Shown here piece after piece: positions 62,981 to 64,000 of a stretch of DNA of 64,000 nt. Source of the stretch: an uncultured Pseudobdellovibrionaceae bacterium (GTDB taxonomy: Bacteria; Bdellovibrionota; Bdellovibrionia; Bdellovibrionales; UBA1609); NCBI GenBank assembly GCA_963803705.1, contig CAWDNU010000004.1:192001-256000 (forward strand). The letters are read 5' to 3'. Under the pieces are notes generated by a model. The model saw only the letters and a program-made list of their open reading frames with translations. It was not told where the DNA came from and searched no databases. Both the position numbers and the translations under genes were made by a program. Position 1 is the stretch's first letter, and each line of letters begins with the position of its first letter.

Positions 62981-64000
62981 TTATTCCTCCGTTTGGGCTG
63001 CTACCCAAGGCGAAGTGCAGCAGCCCAAAGCTTTAGCTTTTTCAATTTCATTTATAGCGTGAAACCAAACAACGCTATTATCTGATCTGAACCAGGTCAT
63101 CTGTCTTTTAGCCAAGTGCATAGTATTTTTTACGATCAAATTTTCAAGGTCTGATAAGGCAAGATCTTCATCTAAGTACATCAAAACTTCTTTATAACCA
63201 ACACTTTGTAGCGGCTTCCACATCTTTAAACCAAGACTTAGGTGGAATCTGACCTCTTCAATTAATCCACTTTTCAACATGTGCCCGACACGCAAACGAA
63301 CTCTGGTAAGTAGCTCTGAGCGGTTCAAGGTACAGTCCTAATTTTAAGTGATTTTTTCTGCTCGACTGACTTTTAATTTTCAGGTCAGAAATTTTAAGAT
63401 CTTGTGAAAAATAAATTTCTAATGCTCTGTGTATTCGGTAGTGATCGTTGGGATGTATAAAATCTAAAGCTTTTGGGTCTATCTCTTTTAATTTTTGCAC
63501 TTTTTCTAAATTGGATAACTTTTCTAGGAATAGAAATCTTATGTTTCATAGCTGTGCTTAGCTCATCAATATCTTCCATGCCGGTTTCAAGTGCCTGAAT
63601 ATAGAATCCACTACCACCAGTTATTAAAAAGTTTTTCTGTTAAGTAGCGAGCAAGGTTTAAACCTAGACTGCTCGACTAATTTTATGTCAACCACAGTAC
63701 TCGAATTTTCAGCAGACACCTTAATCTGATTTGTACTTGCAACTAGAAGAGACCACTTTTCTTAGATTTTTGAATTGCCGAACAAATTCTGCCGGCGCTA
63801 AAAAATTGTCCTGGCTCTGCGATTCCAAATAATAAGTGTTCAGCTTTTTCAAAGTCAGCTGCTGTGGGAAAAGCGGTTCCAACCTTTAATGTTTTAAAAA
63901 ACTGCAGACTATCACAGTTGACGATTGGCATATCTAAAGGTTTCGATAGATCTAAAGCAAGTTTAGATTTACCAGTTGCAGTTGCTACCTACTATAAAAA
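62981..64000 (-). CDS. miaA: tRNA dimethylallyltransferase MiaA; multiple frameshifts; start lies beyond the window
   Basis: VVGATATGKS, NCDSLQ, VGTA, TGGSGFYIQAL, HPNDHYRIHRALE, VGYKE and LAKRQMTWF motifs in successive frames. Confidence 0.92.

Overview
AT-rich bacterial chromosomal segment; gene content and order suggest Bdellovibrionota (inference). Housekeeping and energy loci: mevalonate pathway cluster, a thrS-infC / rpmI-rplT locus split by three genes, alternative complex III (actABCDEF), system II cytochrome c biogenesis, a type II secretion cluster (gspC-N) interrupted by accessory DNA at three places, ssb, a two-channel Ktr/Trk K+ locus, and rel-rpoZ-gmk-yicC-miaA. Several conserved genes carry single-base frameshifts, denser towards the right end, most likely assembly errors. 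The most unusual accessory signals are: (1) two related IS256-family elements with the same architecture (transposase, conserved ~110 bp segment, an unrelated small signal-peptide gene, conserved ~215 bp right end), which looks like a transposon with an exchangeable secreted-protein cargo slot; (2) two long palindromic elements (57 and 66 bp arms) with diverged arms but a shared structured core resembling a sigma54 promoter; (3) sigma54-type -24/-12 motifs recurring in front of orphan secreted-protein genes; (4) simple-sequence arrays, (TAAA)13 and about 49 x TAAATAC, upstream of genes. No rRNA, tRNA or CRISPR array was recognised.
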